Part shown: piece by piece, positions 1 to 8,751 of the stretch
How the letters are laid out: each line of letters opens with the position of its first letter
How positions within the stretch are numbered: the first letter of the stretch is position 1
DNA from: Oscillospiraceae bacterium
GTDB lineage: Bacteria > Bacillota > Clostridia > Oscillospirales > JAVBNY01
Reading direction: 5' to 3'
DNA length: 64,000 nucleotides
NCBI GenBank assembly: GCA_031551205.1
Contig: JAVBNY010000001.1
Location: forward strand, 7,586-71,585
Position numbers and translations under genes: made by a program
The notes under the pieces: model-generated
Databases searched by the model: none
What the model was told of the DNA's origin: nothing
What the model saw: the letters and a program-made list of their open reading frames with translations, nothing else

Positions 1-1011
1 CTCACCGGTCAGCAGCTTGATAAAAGCCAGTGCGGCCTCGTTGTTTTGGCAATTGTTCGACATCGCATAACACTGGTCAACCGACTGTATCGCCGCGCCG
101 CTAAATTCAGGATCGATAGCCGGGAGCAGGAACGCACCGATATTTTCATGGCTTCGAAGCCCTGCGGTAGCCCAGTCGCCATTGATTATCATTGCCGCTT
201 TGCCTTCTTTCAGAGCCTTATTAGCGTCCATTGCGGTGCTATGTAAAAAAGTGTCGTAGTTTATAAAATTCTTTTTGTACAGCATAGCGAGGGCCTCTGC
301 GCCTGTTTTAATCCTGTCGTCGGCCCAGCCTTTTTTATCAACAAGCGACTGATATAGCTCGCCCCCGCCGCAGCCCGCCAGAAGCGTCGCAAAAAGCTGC
401 CCCGCGGGCCAGCTTGACGAGCCGTGAATAAACATCGGGGTTACGCCACTTGCTTTAACAGTCTCGCACGCGAGCAAAAACTGATCCCATGTCTCGGGTA
501 TGTCAAGGTTTGCGCCCGAGAAAACGTCCTTATTGTAAAATACAACGACTATGGTCTGCTGCATGGGGACGGCATAGATTTTTCCGTGAAAGGTCAGGTG
601 CTGGAAAACCCCGTCTTCAAAAATATCATACCAGGGTCCTTGGCGCGACGATAATTCGTCAATGGGAAGAACTCTGTCGTTTTCCACCAGCGTCTCTAAA
701 TATCCCGCCTCCCATGTGAAAAAAATATCGGGCATTTCATTGATCGCGGCCAGCTTCAAAAGCTCACTTTTGTATTCAGCCATGTTCCATGTTACAAGCT
801 TGACCCTTGCGTTGTATGAGTTATTGCTGTTAAATTCATCTATTGCCTCGCGATACGGCGCAAATTCCGCTGAATGAAGCGCGTAAAAAGTGAGGATCTG
901 TTCCTCCGTCCCGTCCGTTTCCCCATCATTGTTTGTGGGCAGTTCATGGCTGCATCCAAAGACAGATGCGATGAGACAGACGACAATCGAAACAATAACC
1001 AGCCTTCTCAT
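1..1011 (-). CDS. ABC transporter extracellular solute-binding lipoprotein (sugar-type); 3' end runs off the window
   Basis: Absent from the ORF track because it is open to the window edge. My minus-strand translation from ATG at 1011 gives MRRLVIVSIVVCLIASVFGCSHE (signal peptide plus lipobox). It continues VKLVTWNMAEYKSELLKLAAINEMPDIFFTWEAGY, AVPMQQTIVVVFYNKDVF and INGDWA, the typical layout of Firmicute sugar-binding proteins. Confidence 0.8.
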   Translation of the reverse strand, partial: MRRLVIVSIVVCLIASVFGCSHELPTNNDGETDGTEEQILTFYALHSAEFAPYREAIDEFNSNNSYNARVKLVTWNMAEYKSELLKLAAINEMPDIFFTWEAGYLETLVENDRVLPIDELSSRQGPWYDIFEDGVFQHLTFHGKIYAVPMQQTIVVVFYNKDVFSGANLDIPETWDQFLLACETVKASGVTPMFIHGSSSWPAGQLFATLLAGCGGGELYQSLVDKKGWADDRIKTGAEALAMLYKKNFINYDTFLHSTAMDANKALKEGKAAMIINGDWATAGLRSHENIGAFLLPAIDPEFSGAAIQSVDQCYAMSNNCQNNEAALAFIKLLTGE

Positions 1012-1357
1012 AAAATGACTCCTTATTGCGGAATTCAGAAAGTATCACACCGTCTGTTTATTATACTGCCGGCAAAGTTTTGTGTCAAGCCATACAAAAA
1101 AACGCCTATTTATCGTGATTTGATTGTGTACTTTTATTTCAATTGTATAATACACGATGGAGAAAATTTATGCCTGCTGTAATATTAACTAATACTATGA
1201 AATTATTTACCAATACGTCACATGACACCTCTGTCCGATGCCGGCCTCAAGCCAATAATCATGAGAGCAAATACACTAAACCAAAGGGCTGTATGCTAAG
1301 TAAATTGTCCGCCCATAAGACGGGCGATTTCCTGAAAAATTGCAGGCTTGAATTGCA

Positions 1358-1385
1358 GATATATAAATTATATAATTTATATATC
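1358..1385. repeat. 28-bp perfect AT-rich palindrome gatatataaattatataatttatatatc
   Basis: Checked base by base: 1358 pairs with 1385, and so on inward to 1371/1372. It lies inside a ~740-bp AT-rich noncoding island. The direct repeat aattgcag occurs twice immediately upstream. Confidence 0.9.
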
Positions 1386-1755
1386 TAAGGCAACACCACA
1401 CAAAGAGTGTCTGATGACTTTGCGTGCATCTCGATTTTACCTTGCCTGACACAAAATACGCTCGAAATCTAAGCATTTCCAATAGTGTCAACAAGCCCTA
1501 GTTAATAGCATTTTTATACTTATTGCGATTGGTATTGGCTCTTTGTTTGACCAAATGATAAACAAGCGAAACGAATAAGCAAATCCGACCAAGTGACTTG
1601 AAAATTTGTACCTCTTGATTAGTCAGATTTTCAAAACATAAATTACACCTGATTTTCGTTTGCCGTGGCAAGATTAAGCTGGTAATTCACACGATAGTAT
1701 TTATATTTTATGAAGAAGAGAGTGCTATATTAAACGGTTTGTAACGGTTTTATTT

Positions 1756-2280
1756 TTGGCCATTTTAATGGAGATGCTGTTCGCCTCATGCGTTCAATCT
1801 GTGTCTCCAAATGACGCCGGAACGTCTGAGGAAACCCCTTCTTCGTCGGCGGAAGAAACTGCGGCATCTACTGAGGCTGTCATACGGGATATTGATGACA
1901 GGGTATCGTGGATAGACGAAGGTTTGGGTGGTTATCCCTTCCAGGGCGACGAGAATTTAGCTATGGGGGACTTTGACTATAAAGATGCCGAAGTCTACAA
2001 GGATTATTATGACGGCGACGATTTGGTGTATCGGAGAGGGAGTGAATATTACGACAAAATTGAAGGGATAGTAGAATATTATTTATATTACAATACAGAA
2101 GGAAACTTAGTATTTGCATATATAACTCAATATAGGCATCCTTCTTATTGCATTTACTTTCACAATGACACGGCAATCCGCTTAACACAAGGTGTTCGTG
2201 GTGAGAATGAAGAAGAAGCCGTCTTTGATGAGGATATGATCCATGGAGTTACGCTATGTTTGGAAAATGCGTATAAATAG
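1756..2280 (+). CDS. Hypothetical small acidic lipoprotein; the N-terminus may be frameshifted
   Basis: The ORF begins at TTG and reads AILMEMLFASC (lipobox LFASC) followed by an acidic, Tyr-rich body. An ATG at 1710 encodes MKKRVLY-stop in a different frame (46 nt upstream of the TTG). GC content is lower than in neighbouring genes. Confidence 0.5.
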   Translation: MAILMEMLFASCVQSVSPNDAGTSEETPSSSAEETAASTEAVIRDIDDRVSWIDEGLGGYPFQGDENLAMGDFDYKDAEVYKDYYDGDDLVYRRGSEYYDKIEGIVEYYLYYNTEGNLVFAYITQYRHPSYCIYFHNDTAIRLTQGVRGENEEEAVFDEDMIHGVTLCLENAYK

Positions 2281-2425
2281 GTGATTGATATATTTAGCGG
2301 CAGAAAATAAGACCAACTATGTTTTGTCAATAGAAAAACCACAAACGATCACATCGGCCCCGCGCTGCTATGCAGGTCGTGTCAACAGCTCCCTTATTAT
2401 GCGTCATCAGGGCCAGGGCGTGAAA

Positions 2426-2460
2426 GACACAGGCGGCAGGAGTTTTCCTGCCGTCTGTCG
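2426..2460. terminator. Hairpin between convergent genes
   Basis: gacacaggcggcagg / cctgccgtctgtc stem with one mismatch, between the lipoprotein ORF (+) and the AKR gene (-). Confidence 0.4.
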
Positions 2461-2510
2461 ATGTAGTGCTTATTATATTCGCGTCTCAGCCTTGGTCTAA
2501 AGAATAAAGC

Positions 2511-3656
2511 TTATTCGCCAAATACTCTTTGCGCTTCGGCCATGCTGTCAATTATCCTTACATCAAAGGGGCAGCGTTCTTCACAGCTGCCGCAGCTGAT
2601 GCAGTCCTCGCCATGGTGCGGCAGACCGAGGTAATGCGACCGGACAGAAGGCGGAACATTTGCAAGGTCCAGCCTCGCAATATCAAGATACTTGTTGACC
2701 GCCGCAATATCAATTCCCGCCGGACAGGGCTGGCAATGACTGCAGTACACACAGTTTCCCTTGAAATCATTGCGCATCGTGCTGAGTACTTCCGTGTAAT
2801 CGCGGTCTGAGTCGTCCAGACTAAAATATTGCATGCTTTCCGCGACCTCGGCCCTCGACTTCAGGCCCAAAAGGACGCTTGAAACAGCCGGCCTTGACAG
2901 CGCATAGTGGATGCACTGGGATACGCTCATCGGCCCGGCAAAGGGAGTGTGCTCCGGCGAGATCAGCTTGCCGCCGCCAAAGGTTTTCATCACCGTGATC
3001 CCGATCTGCTTTTGCGTGCAAAGCTTGTACAGCTCGGCGCGTTTTGGGTCGATCCCGTGCATGGCGGCGGTGTCAAATCCGTTTTCGAGTTGATCCAGAG
3101 CATATCTGTCCGTTGGCAGCATATCGAACGCCGGATTAATGCTGAACATGAGCATCTCGGGCAGCCCCGTATTGATGGCGCGGATAGCCGTTAACGGATT
3201 GTGGGAGCTGAAGCCGATGTGCCCGATATATCCCTTATCTTTCATGCCCATGACATAGTCGGCAAACCCCGTTTCAAAAACGTCCTTATAATCCTTTTCC
3301 GAATCGATGAAGAACATCATCCCGAAGTCGATATATCCGCCGAAAATGCGGAGCGAATCCTCGAAATACCGCTTCACTGTGGGCAGATCGCGGCTGATAT
3401 CATATTGCTGATTAATGTCCGTCGAGCCTATGTGCCCCTGAATCATTACCTTATTGCGCCTGTCCCCCAGGGCCTTCGCAATATTTTCCCTCACTTCTTT
3501 TCCGGGCATGAAGACATCTAGGATATTGATGCCGCTTTCAACCGCTGAATCAATCGTCTCCTTGACCTGGCTGTAAGGCTTTCCGTCAAGATGCTCGCAT
3601 CCAAGGCCTATTGCGCTGATGCTTTTGCCGGTATTTCCAAGCTGTCTGTACTCCAT
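2511..3656 (-). CDS. Aldo/keto reductase with a C-terminal 2x[4Fe-4S] ferredoxin-like domain
   Basis: N-terminus MEYRQLGNTGKSISAIGLGCEHL is AKR-like. The C-terminus carries CVYCSHCQPCP and CISCGSCEERCP cluster motifs. Confidence 0.85.
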   Translation of the reverse strand: MEYRQLGNTGKSISAIGLGCEHLDGKPYSQVKETIDSAVESGINILDVFMPGKEVRENIAKALGDRRNKVMIQGHIGSTDINQQYDISRDLPTVKRYFEDSLRIFGGYIDFGMMFFIDSEKDYKDVFETGFADYVMGMKDKGYIGHIGFSSHNPLTAIRAINTGLPEMLMFSINPAFDMLPTDRYALDQLENGFDTAAMHGIDPKRAELYKLCTQKQIGITVMKTFGGGKLISPEHTPFAGPMSVSQCIHYALSRPAVSSVLLGLKSRAEVAESMQYFSLDDSDRDYTEVLSTMRNDFKGNCVYCSHCQPCPAGIDIAAVNKYLDIARLDLANVPPSVRSHYLGLPHHGEDCISCGSCEERCPFDVRIIDSMAEAQRVFGE

Positions 3657-4078
3657 TATACGCCCCTCCTGTTTTGTTGCAAATCGGATTTGGATTCCAG
3701 ATAGACCTCCATGAGGGATCTGAAAAATATGTCCTTCGCGGCGTCGTCAAGCTCGCCGCCCACAAAAAGCGCCGATGCCTTATCAAGCACCGCCTGCGCC
3801 TCGCGCGCCCCTTTATGACTAAACTCGTTTTTGGCGTTGGCGAGGAACAGCTCCTCGTCGATGCTTTTCATTTTATCTGTTTCGCTATCGTCCATGAGAT
3901 AAGCCACAGAAACATTCAAGGCCTCCGCAAGTCTCTTAAAAACCGCGATTCGCGGAAAAGTTCCCGTCTGCTCATAGCTGTAAATAGAGCGTTCCGTGAT
4001 CCCCGCTTTTTTGGCCAGTTCTATTTGCGACAGATTAAGCGCAAGCCGGGCGTTAATCAGCTTTTCACCAAACGTCAT
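3656..4078 (-). CDS. XRE-family helix-turn-helix transcriptional regulator
   Basis: MTFGEKLINARLALNLSQIELAKKAGITERSIYSYEQ is a classic HTH_3 motif. A GGGAGGG RBS precedes the ATG at 4078. Its stop codon overlaps the AKR start codon by 1 nt (TAATG). Confidence 0.8.
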   Translation of the reverse strand: MTFGEKLINARLALNLSQIELAKKAGITERSIYSYEQTGTFPRIAVFKRLAEALNVSVAYLMDDSETDKMKSIDEELFLANAKNEFSHKGAREAQAVLDKASALFVGGELDDAAKDIFFRSLMEVYLESKSDLQQNRRGV

Positions 4079-4412
4079 CTTTTCCCTCCCGCAAAACTTC
4101 CGGTTAGCTATTGACAAACTGCGAACTTGGCCTTATGGCCAAACCATAATCGGAAGCAAACTTCTGGGTGCATTTAAATGTAAAGATACACCAATAGTCT
4201 GCTGCTGTCAATAGTTTTGGGGAATCTAAGTAACCGATGATTAAATCAGCGCTTACCTAAATGGGCGCGTTATAGGCACATAACATATAAAATTTCGATA
4301 TCTATATTGAATATTTGTTTATATTAATGTATAATAAGCATATATCTGTTTTGCAGTACACAACCGGTTGTTTTGAGAGAGATGAAAAAAGATCAGCAAG
4401 GAGAAGACTGAC

Positions 4413-6965
4413 ATGAAAATCGTCTCAAAGTACACAAGAAAGCTATTAGCGCTGGCCATTACCTGCTGCCTCTTAATTACTTCGGTAGGGTCAATCACCG
4501 CGTCTGCGGAAGACGTTTCCGGCCATTGGGCTGCCGGCAGCATCGCCCTGCTGAAAGAGAAGGGCATTATTAAAGGAGACAACAACGGCGACGTCAAGCC
4601 AAACAATGATATCACGCGGGCGGAGTTTGTCGCCATTATCAACAGGGCTTTTGAGTTCACGCAAAAAAGCGGCTCGAATTTCCCTGATGTTAAATCCGGC
4701 GCGTGGTATTACGACGATTTTGCCGTTGCCAAACAAGAAGGCTACCTACAGGGCGACGATAGCGGAAACGCCAACCCCGGAAGGGACATCACGCGCGCCG
4801 AAGCGGCGGCTATAATTGGCCGGATTTTGGATCTGCCTCAAGTTCCGGGTGAAAGCCCTTTCATCGACAAGGATACCTTCCCCGTCTGGAGCGTTGACAG
4901 CATTAACGCGCTGACAGGGAGCAAGCTCATTTTGGGGTACCCGGACAACACGTTCAGGGCAGGCGGCAGTATCACAAGGGCCGAGGCGTTCACAATCCTG
5001 GCCCGCATTTTTGCCCAAGGCCTGATTCCCGCTAAAGATATCCCCGACAGCGAAACGCCTCAGTCCGCGCCTAGCGGCGGAAGCAGCGGCGGAAATACCA
5101 CTCCATACACGCCACCCACTCCACCCACTCCGACCGCCCCACCCGCGCCCACGGCGGATGAGCTGAGCGTAACGCTCGCGCCGGGCAGCGTGCTGTGTTC
5201 CACGATTATTAAGTTTGAAGGCACAAAGGCCAAAGCGCTGGATATCGTCAATTATGAGTTTGTGATCGCAGACTCTGCCGGCGTGAAGGGCGAGTGGACT
5301 TCCATTACTGCGGACGATCTGATTTCCGGAAAGCAGGTTGTGGTGGAGAGCGTCCGTCACTATATCTATCTCCGTGTGAAAGCGGCCGGGAACACCCCTG
5401 CCGGCGCGTCCACGGCAGGTGTGCAGCTGACAAATGACAACGTGAACCTGGAGCTCTCCGGGGATCTAAACCCCTATGTTAATTACAACGCTGAGACAAT
5501 CAAGCTCCCAAAATGGTACGAATACGCAATAGGTAACGGGTATACAAGTGAGATAGACGAAAATGGCAAGTTGATTGGCGACGTTTTTGATACGCCGGTT
5601 TCGTTGCCCGTCGGCTCTTATATCTATTACCGTGCCCGCTATACAGACGACTTGCCGTTTATCCAGTTTTTTGATCCTTCTGAACGAGGGCATTTAATGT
5701 TCGGGGAGCTAAAACGTATGGATCCCCCGCCTGTAGACGCTGTTATCCTCTCGTCCGGCGAGACGGGAACCAATATCAGGCAAGCTCAGTCGTATCGGGG
5801 CGATCTGGAGGTAAAAGCCGTTGTTCCCGGCGCCGGCGCGAAAGCGAAGGGGAATGACGTGATCTGCGACTGGACAAAGCTTGACAAAGCCGCCGGGATG
5901 AACCTGGCCGTTTATACCGGATGTACAATATACATACGGACGCCCGCCGTTCCGGGCACCGGCGAGAGATATGGCTGGGGAGATTACATACCCGGAGATC
6001 ATAATCCCGAAGAGTATATCCCCGGAGAATATAAATCGCTGCCTGTAACCGTGAGCATTGTGGACACGACGCCCACTCCACCGCGCGCGCCCACGGCGGA
6101 GGAGCTGCGCGTAACGCTCGAGCCGGGCATTTTTACCGCCACAACAAGACTTTTCTTTGCGGGAAGCAAACTCAATATTGAGGACCTCGAAGACTATGAG
6201 TTTTGTATTGCGGATTCCCCCAATGAAAGCGCCGAATGGATGACACTTAAGCTATATGATCTGAATCCCAATGGAATACAGTGCGATGTATCCAGTGTCC
6301 GTGACAGCGTCTTTATCCGCCAAAGAGCCAGCGGGATCGTTCCCGCCGGCGCGCCCACAGCGGGCGTGCTGCTGACAAAGGACAATGTGAATCTCAGCCT
6401 TGTCCCTGATTTTCACTGGTGGATTGACTATGATAAAGAGACCATAACGGTTCGAGATTGGTATAAATTTGGGATTGGAACGGACGATTTTGACGGAGTG
6501 ACCGGGCAGCCGGTTCCGCTGCCTCCGGCTACAAGTGTATATATCAGGAACCGTTCGACGGAGGATTTGCCCTTTGAGGAGCTATACCGCGCCTTGTGGA
6601 TTCCTAGACGGCCGATACCGCCCGATAACTCGGTGGGCGCGCTGCTGACCCCGGGCGCGGCGGCGGGCACGGTTAACATCAAGCTGTCGCCGCTGGTGGA
6701 ATTCAAGGTGGTGCTTCCCAATGTCGAAGCGGACGTGGAGGGTGACGCCGTGATTGCGGATTGGGCCAAAGGAAATGACGAAACGGGGATCGATGTCGCC
6801 GCGGCGGCGGGATACAGGGTTTTCTACCGGGTGGCTTGTGTTTGGCCTCATGAAGTTTGGGTCGGAGACGAGGAAACCGGCCAGTGGATTTGGGATCCCG
6901 GAATTTATAAATCCCTGCCCAGTGCTCCCTACGTTATCCAACAGTCGGAGATTAATCCGGGCTGA
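4413..6965 (+). CDS. Secreted surface protein: signal peptide, three SLH domains, Pro/Thr linker, two copies of a ~313-aa module
   Basis: Three SLH-like units, each ending in ITRAE (ITRAEFVAIINRAF, ITRAEAAAIIGRIL, ITRAEAFTILARIF). The linker is TPYTPPTPPTPTAPPAPT. A good RBS (aaggag) is present. Confidence 0.9.
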   Translation: MKIVSKYTRKLLALAITCCLLITSVGSITASAEDVSGHWAAGSIALLKEKGIIKGDNNGDVKPNNDITRAEFVAIINRAFEFTQKSGSNFPDVKSGAWYYDDFAVAKQEGYLQGDDSGNANPGRDITRAEAAAIIGRILDLPQVPGESPFIDKDTFPVWSVDSINALTGSKLILGYPDNTFRAGGSITRAEAFTILARIFAQGLIPAKDIPDSETPQSAPSGGSSGGNTTPYTPPTPPTPTAPPAPTADELSVTLAPGSVLCSTIIKFEGTKAKALDIVNYEFVIADSAGVKGEWTSITADDLISGKQVVVESVRHYIYLRVKAAGNTPAGASTAGVQLTNDNVNLELSGDLNPYVNYNAETIKLPKWYEYAIGNGYTSEIDENGKLIGDVFDTPVSLPVGSYIYYRARYTDDLPFIQFFDPSERGHLMFGELKRMDPPPVDAVILSSGETGTNIRQAQSYRGDLEVKAVVPGAGAKAKGNDVICDWTKLDKAAGMNLAVYTGCTIYIRTPAVPGTGERYGWGDYIPGDHNPEEYIPGEYKSLPVTVSIVDTTPTPPRAPTAEELRVTLEPGIFTATTRLFFAGSKLNIEDLEDYEFCIADSPNESAEWMTLKLYDLNPNGIQCDVSSVRDSVFIRQRASGIVPAGAPTAGVLLTKDNVNLSLVPDFHWWIDYDKETITVRDWYKFGIGTDDFDGVTGQPVPLPPATSVYIRNRSTEDLPFEELYRALWIPRRPIPPDNSVGALLTPGAAAGTVNIKLSPLVEFKVVLPNVEADVEGDAVIADWAKGNDETGIDVAAAAGYRVFYRVACVWPHEVWVGDEETGQWIWDPGIYKSLPSAPYVIQQSEINPG
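5140..6075 (+). repeat. Internal protein module copy 1 of the SLH protein
   Basis: Starts APTADELSVTLAPG and contains YEFVIADS, PAGASTAGVQLTNDNVNL and YKSLP. It is collinear with copy 2. Confidence 0.75.
6078..6962 (+). repeat. Internal protein module copy 2 of the SLH protein
   Basis: Starts APTAEELRVTLEPG and contains YEFCIADS, PAGAPTAGVLLTKDNVNL and YKSLP. The DNA at the two repeat starts is nearly identical (gcgcccacggcggatgagctgagcgtaacgctcgcgccgggc versus gcgcccacggcggaggagctgcgcgtaacgctcgagccgggc). Confidence 0.75.
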
Positions 6966-7002
6966 CGAAGGCTTTCCGACAGCCTGAAAAGGGGCGGCTT
7001 TA

Positions 7003-8751
7003 TTGCAGAATACAATACAGATACCGGAGAACGTGAAAGGGCAGTTTAACGCTGCCCTTTCTCCCGGCAAGACTGGCAAAATACTGTCGGTTTTTTTGTT
7101 TGCTTCCGTTTTCCTTGGGGGACTGTTTCCCTACTGGTGCGGGCTTTTGGCCGGCGCCTTTTTGGTGTGTCTGCTGTGGATCGTTGTCCGCAAAAGAGGG
7201 AGTTTGGTTTTCCCAAAAACAATACCCGCCGTCTCCGTTTTTGTCGCCGTGGCGTTTTATCTGTTGTCGGTGCTCTGGGCCGTGGACAGAGGCATGGCCC
7301 TTCTCGGCTTTTTTAAATATCTGCCTATCGCGCTCTTCCTCTGCCTGTGCGCCGGGCTGGAAGATGAAAAAGAGAGATTGTTCCAAAGCGCGGCCATGGC
7401 AGGCGTCGCGTCTGTCGCCATATGCCTGCCATTGAGCTTTATCCCGGCATTGGGGAGATTCCTCAGGCCGGACGGCCGCTTCAGCGGCCCGTTCATGTAC
7501 GCGAACACATACGGTCTGTTTCTCCTGGCCTGTATTGTCATACTGTTCACAAAAAAGCAAGTGGCAAAGCGCGACTTCTTTTTTTGCGGTATTCTGATAC
7601 CCGGTATCCTTACGACCGGCAGCCGCAGTCTTTTCGTCTTGCTGGCGCTGACGATGGCTGCCCTGCTGTTTGTCAATTGGCGCGCCGTATGCGCTGCCGC
7701 GGGAATTGGAGCGGCGGCTACGGCGCTCGCCTCACTTGGCGCGTCGGGATCGCTGCAGAGGGCGTCGGAGGTCTCTTTTTCCGCCGGGGAATGGTTGACA
7801 AGGCTGGCATACTACTATGACGGCGTCCGTCTGCTGCCCGGCAGCCTGTTCGGGAGGGGGCATCTCGGGTGGTGGTATATTCAGCCGCAAATCCAAACGT
7901 CCGTTTATGATGCGAGATTTATACACTGCTGGCCGTTACAAGTGGCTCTGGATATCGGCGTTTTTCCGGCTTTGCTATTGATATTTTCCGCCTTTTTGCT
8001 TTTATTCAGCAAGAAAGTCGATCTCCGGGGAAGGCTGCTGCTTATCCTCATCGCCGGGCATGCGCTCATTGATTTTGATCTGGAGTTTCTGCCGGTGGCC
8101 TTTCTCCTTGTGTTGATTATCCCGAACGACGGCAAGGAAAACATTTCGCTGAACAAGGGGGCTAAACGATGGCTCTGTACGGCGGCGCTGCTCGCGGCCG
8201 GTCTTTCCGTTTGGCTGGGAACCGCGTCACTGGTGTCATACCTGGGTGAGCACAATGCGGCTGTGGCCATATATCCGTATTACACGGAAGCCATGGAAGC
8301 TATCGAGCTTCGGGAAAGCGACCCGCTTAAGGCCGAAAAATGGGCGGACCGCATCCTCTTGCATAACCCTCTCGTTTATGAGGCCTATAATGTGAAGGCC
8401 AAGGCGTTTGCGCGCGAAAAGGACTGGTTAGAGGCGGTGCGGATGAAACGGAGTTTCCTTTCTATCTATCGTCTTGAGGGAAAAGAATACGATGAATATT
8501 TAATGTATATTTACGCCGCTTTGCAAAAGGCCGCAGCGGAAGATGATGTGGACACATGCATTCAATTGGTAGATTGGGGACTTTCCGTTCCAAAGATGAT
8601 GGAGTCGGTGCAAAAGGGCCTTGGCCCCTTTACCTATAGAATAAAACACCAACCTACCCTTGCTCTTTCAATACAGTCACAGAATTTTCTAAACTATCTT
8701 GGCGATTATCAAAAACGTCTTAAAACAGTCAAAGAAGCATTGAATCAGTAA
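7003..8751 (+). CDS. Polytopic membrane protein of the O-antigen ligase/polymerase (Wzy_C-like) family with a helical-repeat (TPR-like) C-terminal domain
   Basis: About 10-12 hydrophobic segments. The region LTTGSRSLFVLLALTMAALLF resembles the Wzy_C core. The soluble C-terminal ~170 aa is helical-repeat-like. TTG start with an AAAGGGG RBS; an alternative GTG lies at 7033. Confidence 0.65.
   Translation: MQNTIQIPENVKGQFNAALSPGKTGKILSVFLFASVFLGGLFPYWCGLLAGAFLVCLLWIVVRKRGSLVFPKTIPAVSVFVAVAFYLLSVLWAVDRGMALLGFFKYLPIALFLCLCAGLEDEKERLFQSAAMAGVASVAICLPLSFIPALGRFLRPDGRFSGPFMYANTYGLFLLACIVILFTKKQVAKRDFFFCGILIPGILTTGSRSLFVLLALTMAALLFVNWRAVCAAAGIGAAATALASLGASGSLQRASEVSFSAGEWLTRLAYYYDGVRLLPGSLFGRGHLGWWYIQPQIQTSVYDARFIHCWPLQVALDIGVFPALLLIFSAFLLLFSKKVDLRGRLLLILIAGHALIDFDLEFLPVAFLLVLIIPNDGKENISLNKGAKRWLCTAALLAAGLSVWLGTASLVSYLGEHNAAVAIYPYYTEAMEAIELRESDPLKAEKWADRILLHNPLVYEAYNVKAKAFAREKDWLEAVRMKRSFLSIYRLEGKEYDEYLMYIYAALQKAAAEDDVDTCIQLVDWGLSVPKMMESVQKGLGPFTYRIKHQPTLALSIQSQNFLNYLGDYQKRLKTVKEALNQ

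Noticed and set aside
5096-5155. Repetitive cca/acc/ccg DNA, considered as a possible tandem repeat element
   Set aside because: It is the in-frame coding sequence of a Pro/Thr-rich interdomain linker (TPYTPPTPPTPTAPPAPT), not an independent DNA repeat.
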